DNA of 64,000 nucleotides. Source: Candidatus Borrarchaeum weybense (GTDB lineage Archaea > Asgardarchaeota > Sifarchaeia > Borrarchaeales > Borrarchaeaceae). The notes under the pieces are model-generated. The model made no database searches, was not told the DNA's origin, and worked only from the letters and a program-made list of their open reading frames with translations. A program made the translations under genes and the position numbers. The stretch is taken from contig JAHQJS010000004.1 of the NCBI GenBank assembly GCA_019057385.1, positions 773,062 through 837,061 on the forward strand. Direction: 5' to 3'. This document shows positions 29,661 to 38,193 of this stretch, piece after piece. The first letter of the stretch is position 1. Every line of letters starts with the position of its first letter.

Positions 29661-30287
29661 TCACATAATACATTCTATTAAAGCTTCTATTTTATATGGC
29701 TTTACTGCGTCTACAATAGCTTCAATTGGTTCATCGTCTTCATCTTTTTCTCTTACGATTTCTAGAGCCCTCCTGCGCCTTCGTATAAATTCTCCCAATG
29801 TGGGGAATTCATACGTCATCTCATATTCAGCAATCAATTCAATTTCTTCTTTGTGAGCAAATCCTTTGATGCTTTCTGAAAAACCTCTATGACTTACCAT
29901 AATAAATCTAAATCCATTTATTGCTATTTTTTCGTTTACAAGAAGACTCCTCAGCCGACTTATTTGATAGCCCTGATCAATTCCTACAACTCTGTTCCAA
30001 TCTTTCATAATTACTAACCCTAAATGATCGCCAATAGAGTTTTTCAAAAGCAGCGTAGTATTATTATTTGCTAACATTTTTCTGATATGGCTTTTCCTAT
30101 ATGGTTTCCAATGAGCTATGTCAACTGGTACTAAACCCTTTTTTTGGAAATAGGTTCTAGTAAGCCAACGAAGTTCATTCGGCATTCTAGCTCTCTTTCC
30201 CAGCGAAATCTCTCTAACCCCCAATTGTCTATATAGTAAAATACCGACAAAATACTTTATAATTGTTGCCCTCCTTTTTAAAGGCAT
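29661..30287 (-). CDS. Hypothetical protein with Mrr-like restriction-endonuclease fold (catalytic motif atypical)
   Basis: MKDWNRVVGID...IMVSHRGFS...FA...IELI pattern resembles Mrr_cat. Confidence 0.5.
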   Translation of the reverse strand: MPLKRRATIIKYFVGILLYRQLGVREISLGKRARMPNELRWLTRTYFQKKGLVPVDIAHWKPYRKSHIRKMLANNNTTLLLKNSIGDHLGLVIMKDWNRVVGIDQGYQISRLRSLLVNEKIAINGFRFIMVSHRGFSESIKGFAHKEEIELIAEYEMTYEFPTLGEFIRRRRRALEIVREKDEDDEPIEAIVDAVKPYKIEALIECIM

Positions 30288-30300
30288 TATAGGCGCTCTT

Positions 30301-30390
30301 CGGGCGCGATGGCGCGTTTTATTAAATATGCGGGCGCGATAACCTCTCCCTTTATATATACGTGCGCGATTGTGCGCTTCTTTATATATT
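30301..30390. repeat. Three degenerate 30-bp tandem units (CG[G/T]GCGCGAT + N10 + TATA-like decamer)
   Basis: CGGGCGCGAT at 30301 and 30331, CGTGCGCGAT at 30361; units end in attaaatatg, tttatatata and tttatatatt. Confidence 0.75.
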
Positions 30391-30558
30391 ATTACCTTAA
30401 ACGCTACAAAGATTAAAATTCTAGAAATATAGCTAAATACAATACATAAAAAGGCAGCAAATAAGAATGAAGCTGATATTTGAATCAGTATTCATTTAAA
30501 CACCACTTATATGAGATAGGCAAAGTTCTTCATATTTGAAGGTAAGCTTTTTACTTGA

Positions 30559-31524
30559 TTGGCCTTTTTCATTATAATGAGTGAGCCAGTAATGCAGAAC
30601 ATAATATCAGACGCTATCAAACTGTTTCAGTTTCTGAAAAACTCACCATATACACCCTACATAGTCATTGCGCTGTGTTTTATGATATTAGTTATAATTC
30701 AGGTACGTAAAGTTAGAGATCGAAATCGCAGGAAAGAATTTCTTTTAATCGAGACTCATCAGCAGAATCTTCAGATAAAAGAATCTTCTAGTTATGCCTT
30801 AACTCTTGAAGGGAAAATAATAGATCTTAACAAAATGACCGAAAGGGAAATGATTGAGATAAGATGGATTCTTTTCTTTCTACCGTTCTTCTTTCTTAGC
30901 ACTCTGTTGGTTATTTTGTACTCTCCATTGTTTTGGCCAATTCCTTTCATAGGTCTAATAGGTGTTCTTGTTATAACAATCTTGGGAGCGATTCGCATGT
31001 CAAAATATGGTTTTACAAAAAGTTATCTCTCTGGACACGATTTACTTAACGAAATGCGATTAGATGAAAGGAATAAGAATCTAACTGTTTCACATACATT
31101 CTTTGCAAATCAAGTTGAATTGAATAATTTCTTTGAATATGTGTCTTGTGAGAGTCGATTAACGTTAGATGACAGAGTAAGTTCTACATGGACTTTATAT
31201 GTCGGCCTTAGGGCAATAAAAACATGCGATCATGCCCTTAATAGTGCCTTATTCATGGTAAATAAACAAAAATCAAAAATATCCTCAAAACTTCGGAGAG
31301 TTATTAACTCAGAGAACATCGAAAAAATATCCGACTTCTTCCTTGATGATGAGAAAAAGTCGTGGTTTTGCATCGAATCATGGGAGAATTATTTAATTGG
31401 AAAAATTCGATTTGCTATACACGAACCTCAACGTGTGACAGAAGAACGGACAAAAAGGCTAATTCAGGCTTTCGAACTTCTTGAAGAGTTTTCTATAAAC
31501 TTCTTTCAGCATTTACAAAGTTAA
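30559..31524 (+). CDS. Hypothetical membrane protein (3 TM plus soluble C-domain)
   Basis: Long ORF with hydrophobic segments; no family recognised. Confidence 0.6.
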   Translation: MAFFIIMSEPVMQNIISDAIKLFQFLKNSPYTPYIVIALCFMILVIIQVRKVRDRNRRKEFLLIETHQQNLQIKESSSYALTLEGKIIDLNKMTEREMIEIRWILFFLPFFFLSTLLVILYSPLFWPIPFIGLIGVLVITILGAIRMSKYGFTKSYLSGHDLLNEMRLDERNKNLTVSHTFFANQVELNNFFEYVSCESRLTLDDRVSSTWTLYVGLRAIKTCDHALNSALFMVNKQKSKISSKLRRVINSENIEKISDFFLDDEKKSWFCIESWENYLIGKIRFAIHEPQRVTEERTKRLIQAFELLEEFSINFFQHLQS

Positions 31525-31568
31525 CTGAGCGATCTTTTTCGATCTAGATTATGTTTGTTTAATTTAGA

Positions 31569-33005
31569 TTATTTTGGCGTAATTAAATCGTGAGGTTGCA
31601 TTTCTTGCATACCCGCTGGTGTTAATATTCCGAAATTAGCTTTCTGTTTAAGTTCATTAAGATCTCTCGCGCCAACATAACCTAATGCAGCTTTAAGTCC
31701 GCCAGCAAGTTCATTAATTACATCACTTATTGTTCCTCGATATGGAACAAAGCCTTCTACACCTTCTGCGATATCTTTGCTTGGTTGAGAATATCTATCA
31801 TATGAAAATCGCTTTTTCCTAGCTGCAATTGACCCCATTCCATAATACTGCTTGTAGTATTTTCCTTCTAACGCTATTAACCGTCCAGGAGATTCGCGAC
31901 ATCCTGCAAAAATGTTTCCCATCATACAAGCTGAAGCGCCAGCAGCTAAAGCCACGGCGATATCACCACTGTTTTTTATTCCACCATCGGCACAGATCGG
32001 AATGCTGTTTCCTAATTCAGCAGTCGCCTTTGCAACTTGAAGTGTTGCATACAATGTTGGGGAACCAGCACGTGTTACCATGCTTGTTGAGCAAATACTT
32101 CCTGATCCAATCCCTACTCTAAGTCCTGCAACACCATCTAGCCTGCTGAGTACATCTACTGCTGCTGCATATGTTCCAATATTCCCAACTATTAAATCTG
32201 CACTTACATTGTTCAAGATTTCTTTGGCCCCTTTAAAGCAATTGACGTTATGAAAATGAGCTACATCGATTACCAAAATGTCAGCGTATTTATCAAGCAC
32301 TTTAGCACGTTCTAAATCAAATGGACTTATAGCTGCTGCACATAGTAATCGCCCTTCTTCATCTCTTACTGCATGTGGATACTTACCTTTTAAGAGAATA
32401 TCTTTGATTGTAATCAGTCCTTTCAACTTGCCAGTTGTAGAATCAACTATTGGCAATTTTTCAATTCGATGCTTATGGAGCAATGTTTTAGCGTCATCGA
32501 GGCTTACTTCTTCAGTTGCTGTGATCACATCTTTAGTCATTACATCTTCAACTTTCAAATTGTCATCAGCAAATCGTATATCGCGCCATGTAACTATTCC
32601 TATTAAATTTTCGTTATCATTTAAAACTGGTAAACCATGGACATTATATTGATTCATTAATTCAGTGGCACTTTTCACAGATTCACTAGGTCTTATGGTG
32701 AAAACTTCTGAAATGATGAAGGATTCTGCACGCTTGACTTTTCGTGTCATGTTTACTGCTTCTTCTTTTGTGCAGTTTCTATGTATAACTCCAAGTCCTC
32801 CAAGTCTAGCTAGTTCTATCGCCATTTCTTCTTCAGTAACTGTATCCATTGGAGACGAAACAAAAGGCAAAACTAATTTGTGGTTTAAAGTGATTCTTGA
32901 TGAAATATCAGGATCTTTGGGTTCAATTGAACTCCATCCTGGCAAAAGAATGACGTCATTAAATGTGATAAGCTTTTCCATATTGTTTTCTTTCCAAAAT
33001 GACAT
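31569..33005 (-). CDS. guaB: IMP dehydrogenase with CBS pair
   Basis: SSPMDTVTE, GIGSGSICST catalytic Cys, ADGGI, YYGMGS, AEGVEG. Confidence 0.96.
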   Translation of the reverse strand: MSFWKENNMEKLITFNDVILLPGWSSIEPKDPDISSRITLNHKLVLPFVSSPMDTVTEEEMAIELARLGGLGVIHRNCTKEEAVNMTRKVKRAESFIISEVFTIRPSESVKSATELMNQYNVHGLPVLNDNENLIGIVTWRDIRFADDNLKVEDVMTKDVITATEEVSLDDAKTLLHKHRIEKLPIVDSTTGKLKGLITIKDILLKGKYPHAVRDEEGRLLCAAAISPFDLERAKVLDKYADILVIDVAHFHNVNCFKGAKEILNNVSADLIVGNIGTYAAAVDVLSRLDGVAGLRVGIGSGSICSTSMVTRAGSPTLYATLQVAKATAELGNSIPICADGGIKNSGDIAVALAAGASACMMGNIFAGCRESPGRLIALEGKYYKQYYGMGSIAARKKRFSYDRYSQPSKDIAEGVEGFVPYRGTISDVINELAGGLKAALGYVGARDLNELKQKANFGILTPAGMQEMQPHDLITPK

Positions 33006-33068
33006 TTAGTGTCCCTCACCGACCAGGTTAATTTGGCGTGAAAAGTTACTTTAAAACCTTACAATTAT

Positions 33069-34598
33069 TTATAAAACAACGGAATGGTTGATATTATTCC
33101 ACGTTTTATGATAATTATTAATCTTTCTCTTGGAAAAGGAAAGACCAGCCCTAAGGTTATCAGGCTGTACGCTCGTCACCGAGTTCAAGACATATTCCAT
33201 CAATATCGTTTTTTTCAATATTTCGATAGTCTTGAAGGATGTTATCCCGCTGTGCTCAAAAAGGTCATGGATCCTCGACCATGTACGGTAAGGACTGCCC
33301 TGTTTCACACGGGGCTCTAAATAATCCCCGACGTGTGAGAGCACCCAATTGTAAACGGGTGGAATTGCTTCCTTGAATCCCAGCCCTCTTCGAGCTATTA
33401 CATAACTTGCTAAGTGATGGACTGACAAATTATGTAATCCTGAATACTTGTATTTCCCAATGAGGGAAGTATATCCGGGAAATACCTTTTGAATTGATAC
33501 ACCACGCTTTTCACACTTTCGCTCCAATAATTGCAGCGCAGTAGTCTTTAAATTACTTATTTTTCGATTACGTTTCGTATTATATGAAAATTCTTGGTCG
33601 AATTGTAAGTCCTCAACCACGATTCCTTTGCCTTTATTGATGCAATAATTAACGACTTTATCCATCTTATAGGAGATATAATCCTTACGTTTATCTTTTC
33701 TATAGGTGTGAAGGTTGCCAAACGATATACTATGATAGGAAAGTAATTTACCGTTCTTGTCCACATTTGTTAGTGCTAGAAAGTTATAATTGAAATCTAA
33801 GCCGATAGCGCCATCTTTGTATCTGTAAAATGTCGTCGGGTTTGGGATATCAAAAGACACATGGACAAAGTAACGTATTTTTCCCTTAAAGATGTTCCGT
33901 TTCACTGTTATCGTGTATTTATCGGCATTAAAAACCTTCTGAAACCACTTTTCCTGTACAGAATTTACGGATATGGGAATGACCAACCATTTGCGTCCTT
34001 TTTGCTTAGAGAAAGTGCGTATCTTAACTGTTTTATTAGGTAAAACCTTAATGTTATGGTTTTGTATACCATTTTGTTTCTTTCCGATACAACCAAAGGA
34101 GGAATCCCTTCGTATCCTGAATTCTTCCCTGCTTATATTACTGCGTAATCTGTCTCTAAATAATTTCTTTGTCCCAAATACAATGGGTTCTAGTTGCAAA
34201 TTATGTAGTTTAGCTATTATCGAGGATCTGCGGGCGAATAAGCCTTTTAATCGCCTATCATGCGTATCTTGTTCCTTTATTATGTTTATTTTCTTGTTAA
34301 TGACTTCTAGCTGCTTGCTCATGTATTTCCGTCTTTTTTCAAGCCAAGTTTCTTGTGCTTCCAGTTTCGCCCTATTATTAATAATGATGGTATTGACATA
34401 GGGATTGTTTTGACAAATGGACATTAAACACTGCTGGATGCTTTTATCCTCGCCAAAGCGTTTAGCAATATATTCCTCACCATAAAAAAGAAGGTTATAG
34501 CAGATTCGTTTCACACGATTATAGATTGTAAATATTTCATGTAGCGCATCTTCATGTAGTTTGTCAGGATAGATCTTGAATTTAATGGTTTGAATCAT
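33069..34598 (-). CDS. tnpB: TnpB-related RuvC protein (derived type lacking the Cys zinc finger)
   Basis: TIKFKIYP N-terminus, RuvC-I AIGLDFN, RuvC-II IVVEDL, PGYTSLIG...SVHHLASYVIARRGLG. Confidence 0.85.
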   Translation of the reverse strand: MIQTIKFKIYPDKLHEDALHEIFTIYNRVKRICYNLLFYGEEYIAKRFGEDKSIQQCLMSICQNNPYVNTIIINNRAKLEAQETWLEKRRKYMSKQLEVINKKINIIKEQDTHDRRLKGLFARRSSIIAKLHNLQLEPIVFGTKKLFRDRLRSNISREEFRIRRDSSFGCIGKKQNGIQNHNIKVLPNKTVKIRTFSKQKGRKWLVIPISVNSVQEKWFQKVFNADKYTITVKRNIFKGKIRYFVHVSFDIPNPTTFYRYKDGAIGLDFNYNFLALTNVDKNGKLLSYHSISFGNLHTYRKDKRKDYISYKMDKVVNYCINKGKGIVVEDLQFDQEFSYNTKRNRKISNLKTTALQLLERKCEKRGVSIQKVFPGYTSLIGKYKYSGLHNLSVHHLASYVIARRGLGFKEAIPPVYNWVLSHVGDYLEPRVKQGSPYRTWSRIHDLFEHSGITSFKTIEILKKTILMEYVLNSVTSVQPDNLRAGLSFSKRKINNYHKTWNNINHSVVL

Positions 34599-34625
34599 TC
34601 TTTGTTTTCCCCTACCTCTCTTCTT

Positions 34626-35408
34626 CTAGTTCAAGTTTGTTTTTGATAACTGTTTCCTAATATCTTCAAAATACAGCTTTAATCTTTGAATTTCCTTACT
34701 TGGTAATGGATTATTATGTGCAATAATATTTCTTGAAAGTTCAATCTCATCTAGCCTTGCTTTAATCCATCCTTGATTTGGAAAACGCTCTTTAAAGTCA
34801 TCCCAGTTTTTAGTAATTATTGAATGTAAATCACCAAAATCTGTGTAGGAAATCCTGTCTGAACCCCTCTGGCTATGCCATCTATTCTTTCCCTCTCTAT
34901 TTAACCTTGTATTGACTTTTCTGTTTATTGATGAGGAAACTCGTTGCTCCCACCACTTCTCTCCATAGTTTGCTTTAAGTACATTCGTAATAAAATATCT
35001 AAGTGCATTTTCAAGCAAATACAACATTGGATAGACGTCTGCCATTCGCTTTGCTTCGTTAGCCAAATTCTTGGGTATTAAAAAACCTTGGAGCAACTTT
35101 TCCCCAAATTTAATAGAGACTATTGGCGCTGTTTTTCTTTTGGTTTGCTTCGCCTTTGTCAAGGGTGTAGTTGCAGCTTGCGTTTTTCTTAACGTTATTA
35201 ATTCATCTATTTCTTCCTTCTTAAGATATTTAGAGACATCTATTTTCATTTGTGCAGCTAGAAGATTAGCAGCTGTCTTATTTGAGATCGTGTAATCATG
35301 TTCTTTCCTCTTTTCTTGTATTATTTTGTAAATGCGGCTTTTGCTCTTTCCAGTTTTTTTTAAAAGAGCATTAAACACGTCTTTATTAATTCTAGTCAGT
35401 AAATTCAC
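34626..35408 (-). CDS. Swt1-like HEPN-domain protein (predicted RNase) with N-terminal helical domain
   Basis: LYLLENALRYFI...WW...DFGDL..II.KNW..F...RNIIAH (RxxxxH). Confidence 0.85.
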   Translation of the reverse strand: MNLLTRINKDVFNALLKKTGKSKSRIYKIIQEKRKEHDYTISNKTAANLLAAQMKIDVSKYLKKEEIDELITLRKTQAATTPLTKAKQTKRKTAPIVSIKFGEKLLQGFLIPKNLANEAKRMADVYPMLYLLENALRYFITNVLKANYGEKWWEQRVSSSINRKVNTRLNREGKNRWHSQRGSDRISYTDFGDLHSIITKNWDDFKERFPNQGWIKARLDEIELSRNIIAHNNPLPSKEIQRLKLYFEDIRKQLSKTNLN

Positions 35409-35649
35409 CTGGGTTAGTTTCTTCTTTCAACTTTTTTGACTCTTCTTTTCTAATCTTGTGTAACGTGACATTGACATAGTTCTGAGTCTTTCCAAGTATT
35501 CGTGCAATATCGCTTGGTTTGATTCCTAAATCATCAAGTAGTTGAACTTGTTCCTTCACTTTCATATCTTTAACAACGTATAAAGCAGTCAGTTTGATGA
35601 TTATATCTAATTTCTCTATTAATTTCTCAAACTGGTTATTATCCATCAT
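35392..35649 (-). CDS. Small HTH protein with N-terminal amphipathic helix
   Basis: GIKPSDIARILGKTQNYVNVTL HTH; overlaps the HEPN gene start by 17 nt. Confidence 0.8.
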   Translation of the reverse strand: MMDNNQFEKLIEKLDIIIKLTALYVVKDMKVKEQVQLLDDLGIKPSDIARILGKTQNYVNVTLHKIRKEESKKLKEETNPGEFTD

Positions 35650-35677
35650 TACTCTACCTATCTGTATTATTTAGCAT

Positions 35678-35699
35678 AGTGTATACTTTGTATCACACT
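35678..35699. promoter_or_regulatory. Imperfect palindrome, candidate operator upstream of the HTH-HEPN pair
   Basis: AGTGTATAC-TTT-GTATCACACT. Confidence 0.35.
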
Positions 35700-35727
35700 T
35701 CTAATAAGATCTCAATTAACAACCAAT

Positions 35728-36042
35728 TCAGTCATATAATCCAGTAGATTGATAGTAAACTTTTCCTTCTTTTTTTATTCCACGAATCGCTCCTTTTTCG
35801 GACAACTCAGATATTCTTCCCTTTGCAGTTCTATTACTTTTACCTGTAGCTTGTGATACTTCTTCTGCTAATGTCGTATAGTCTCTTGATCCATCAGCTA
35901 AATCCAAAATTTTTCTCGAAATAGGATCCTTTGTAATTTCTTCCTTGAATTTCTGAATAATTGACCTATTAGCCAGTTTCCAAAGGATTATTAACTGATC
36001 TAATCTATTAACAACATCTTTAAGCGATACCTTTTCACTCAT
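35728..36042 (-). CDS. Small winged-HTH protein
   Basis: KILDLADGSRDYTTLAEEVS...RTAKGRISELSEKGAI...EGKVYY; ATG 36042 after AGGTTGA. Confidence 0.8.
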   Translation of the reverse strand: MSEKVSLKDVVNRLDQLIILWKLANRSIIQKFKEEITKDPISRKILDLADGSRDYTTLAEEVSQATGKSNRTAKGRISELSEKGAIRGIKKEGKVYYQSTGLYD

Positions 36043-36171
36043 TAATTTCAACCTGTGAGTTCATTTGATCTTTTAATCTATATTTCAACTTCGCTTCTGA
36101 AAATATTCTCTTATATCTATCTCCACGATGCACATAATTCCTTGCGTCTTATTTTTGCTCATCTAAGCCGC

Positions 36172-36492
36172 CTACTCGAACAGACCTGAATTTTCATAGT
36201 ATACTTCCCTCCCTTCCCTCCTTGTTATTAAAAATCCCATTTCTCTCAACGTTGAAATTTTCTTTTTAACCGTTATTTCTGCCACTTTCATCTCTTCAGC
36301 TATTTTCTTTGATAAATTCGAATAAGTAAGCGTTCCATCCGCCAGTTCCAAGATTCTTGAGGATACTTTATCCCTCTTTATCTCTTTTTCAAATGCCTTC
36401 AATTCATTTCGATTGCTCAGTTTCAAAAGAATTATCATCTGATCCATTTTATTAGAAATTTCCTCAAGAAGTTCTATTTCGTCTCTCTTCAC
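36172..36492 (-). CDS. Small winged-HTH (ArsR-like) protein, paralog of 35728-36042
   Basis: RILELADGTLTYSNLS...TVKKKISTLREMGFLITRREGREVYY; GTG 36492 is 4 nt after the upstream stop. Confidence 0.82.
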   Translation of the reverse strand: MKRDEIELLEEISNKMDQMIILLKLSNRNELKAFEKEIKRDKVSSRILELADGTLTYSNLSKKIAEEMKVAEITVKKKISTLREMGFLITRREGREVYYENSGLFE

Positions 36493-36496
36493 GTTA

Positions 36497-36826
36497 TCAC
36501 TCCATTTCAATGTGCCAATCTGAAGGAATATAGTCAAATCGTCTTTTGGGATATCCTCTTCTTTCGTTTTTGATTAAGTCTGCTTCTCGTAATTCCTTGA
36601 CAAACCTCTGAACACTTCTCTGACTGACATTCACCTTTTGTGCAATTTCTTCTGTATTTAACGATCCGTCACAGTGAGTCCATATTCTCTGTCTATCAAC
36701 TGTAGTCGCAATATCCTCTAAGTCTTTCCGTATTGTTTCTTTCGCTAATAACTCGACAAGTTTCCTGATTTCAGTGACTTCATCTATAAGTTTCATAAAA
36801 GATTTTTCACTAATCATAACAATCAT
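36497..36826 (-). CDS. Small winged-HTH protein
   Basis: RIWTHCDGSLNTEEIAQKVNVSQRSVQRFVKELREADLI; TTTATAAA at 36846-36853 supports a start at 36826 or 36817. Confidence 0.8.
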   Translation of the reverse strand: MIVMISEKSFMKLIDEVTEIRKLVELLAKETIRKDLEDIATTVDRQRIWTHCDGSLNTEEIAQKVNVSQRSVQRFVKELREADLIKNERRGYPKRRFDYIPSDWHIEME

Positions 36827-37400
36827 ATAAAATACGACATTAAAATTTATAAATAATTTTCGTTTTTCGATATCTTGTTTAGAATAAGTGAAATTTATGA
36901 AAAACATCTCTGTAAAATCTTACTTAAATTTTGACAGATAAATATTTAATATTCATGAAATATTCTTCAAAAATAACAAATTAATGATAAAAACATTATA
37001 TATAAAAATCTCAATGATTGTTTTGAAATCTTTCACACCTAAAAAATTTTCACGCATTAATAGTATTTTGATTTGTTGGCAAAGCTACAATGAGATATCG
37101 CGAAAACTAAAACTTTTTCTTGAAAACGAGGAGTGTTTATAAATCTCCTTTAATTGCATGTATGCAAGACGAATAATTGTATTCAAACTCATTTTAAAGT
37201 CTCAATAGAAATAACATCTGAGATAAACTCATCTAGCGCCCTGTTTCCCCAATTTTATTAGTTTAATTGAGTTTTTTGAATGGTGTGTAGCGGAAAGAAT
37301 GAGGATATTTTAGGCGACGGTTGGGGAAATTTAAAATACTATCTAGTAACACCATTTATAAAATTCCATTAAAAAATCCTGTTTCGAGTTGGAAATTTTG

Positions 37401-38048
37401 ATGTCTAAGATAAGAACTGAAGATCTTATTAATGATCTTCAGAAGTTATGTGATTATGCTATTGAAAATGGTGCCTCTAGGGCAAAGTTCTTTGATACAG
37501 ATGCCGTTGTCGTAGATGAGAGAGTCCGTCTTAAGTGTCAGGTGCCATTATGCCCATCTTTCGGAATAAATCTCTGTTGCCCACCTAAAAATACTCCTTC
37601 CGTTGATGAATTTCGGGCTATGTTGGCAAACTATAATTATGCTATACTAATCCAAGTAGATACTCCCCTGAGTGAAGAACTTGCAACGATTATTAAAAGT
37701 AATGAAAGTGTGGGCGAAATTTACGAAAATCAATCATATTTTGAAAACCGAAAAGATACTCTTGACAAGGGCCAAATAAATCTACATAAAATTGTGAATA
37801 AAGTAGAAGCAAAAGCGTATTCAATGGGCTTTTATTTTGCGACAGGATTTATTGGTGGAAGTTGTAAACTATGCTCTAAATGTGTAACACAACAATCAGG
37901 AGAAGCGTGTCAGCATCCATTTCAAGCTCGCCCATCAATAGAAGCTGTTGGCATTGACGCCTTTAAAACTGCAAAGAACATTGGCTTCGAACTAAGCCCA
38001 CCAAAGGATAATTTAGTTAGATGGACAGGGTTGATTTTGGTAGACTAA
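37401..38048 (+). CDS. DUF2284-family metal-binding protein
   Basis: VVDERVRLKCQVPLC...CCPP, GGSCKLC..C, C.HP..ARPSIEAVGID. Confidence 0.85.
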   Translation: MSKIRTEDLINDLQKLCDYAIENGASRAKFFDTDAVVVDERVRLKCQVPLCPSFGINLCCPPKNTPSVDEFRAMLANYNYAILIQVDTPLSEELATIIKSNESVGEIYENQSYFENRKDTLDKGQINLHKIVNKVEAKAYSMGFYFATGFIGGSCKLCSKCVTQQSGEACQHPFQARPSIEAVGIDAFKTAKNIGFELSPPKDNLVRWTGLILVD

Positions 38049-38147
38049 TTTAAATCGATTGAGTCCTCTTCGTCTACCAGTTTTTAAATTCGTTTCCAAA
38101 TGTTGATCTATTTAGATTTCATTTTTTAAAATATTAATGGAAAAAAA

Positions 38148-38178
38148 GAAAGGTGCTTCTTTTAAAAACGCACCCTCT
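38148..38178. terminator. Hairpin between convergent genes
   Basis: GGTGC...GCACC stem with an adjacent A-run (U-run on the mtmB strand). Confidence 0.35.
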
Positions 38179-38193
38179 GTGTAGAGAGCGCTA

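Noticed and set aside
30301-30390. Mini-CRISPR array or replication origin
   Set aside because: The repeats are only 10 nt, the spacers resemble each other, and there are no cas genes, ORB consensus or cdc6 nearby.
33103-33115. 13-nt match (GTTTTATGATAAT) between the putative guide flank (10917-10929) and the tnpB 3' end
   Set aside because: Short and AT-rich, found post hoc, and lacking the TTTAA-type motif upstream; probably chance.
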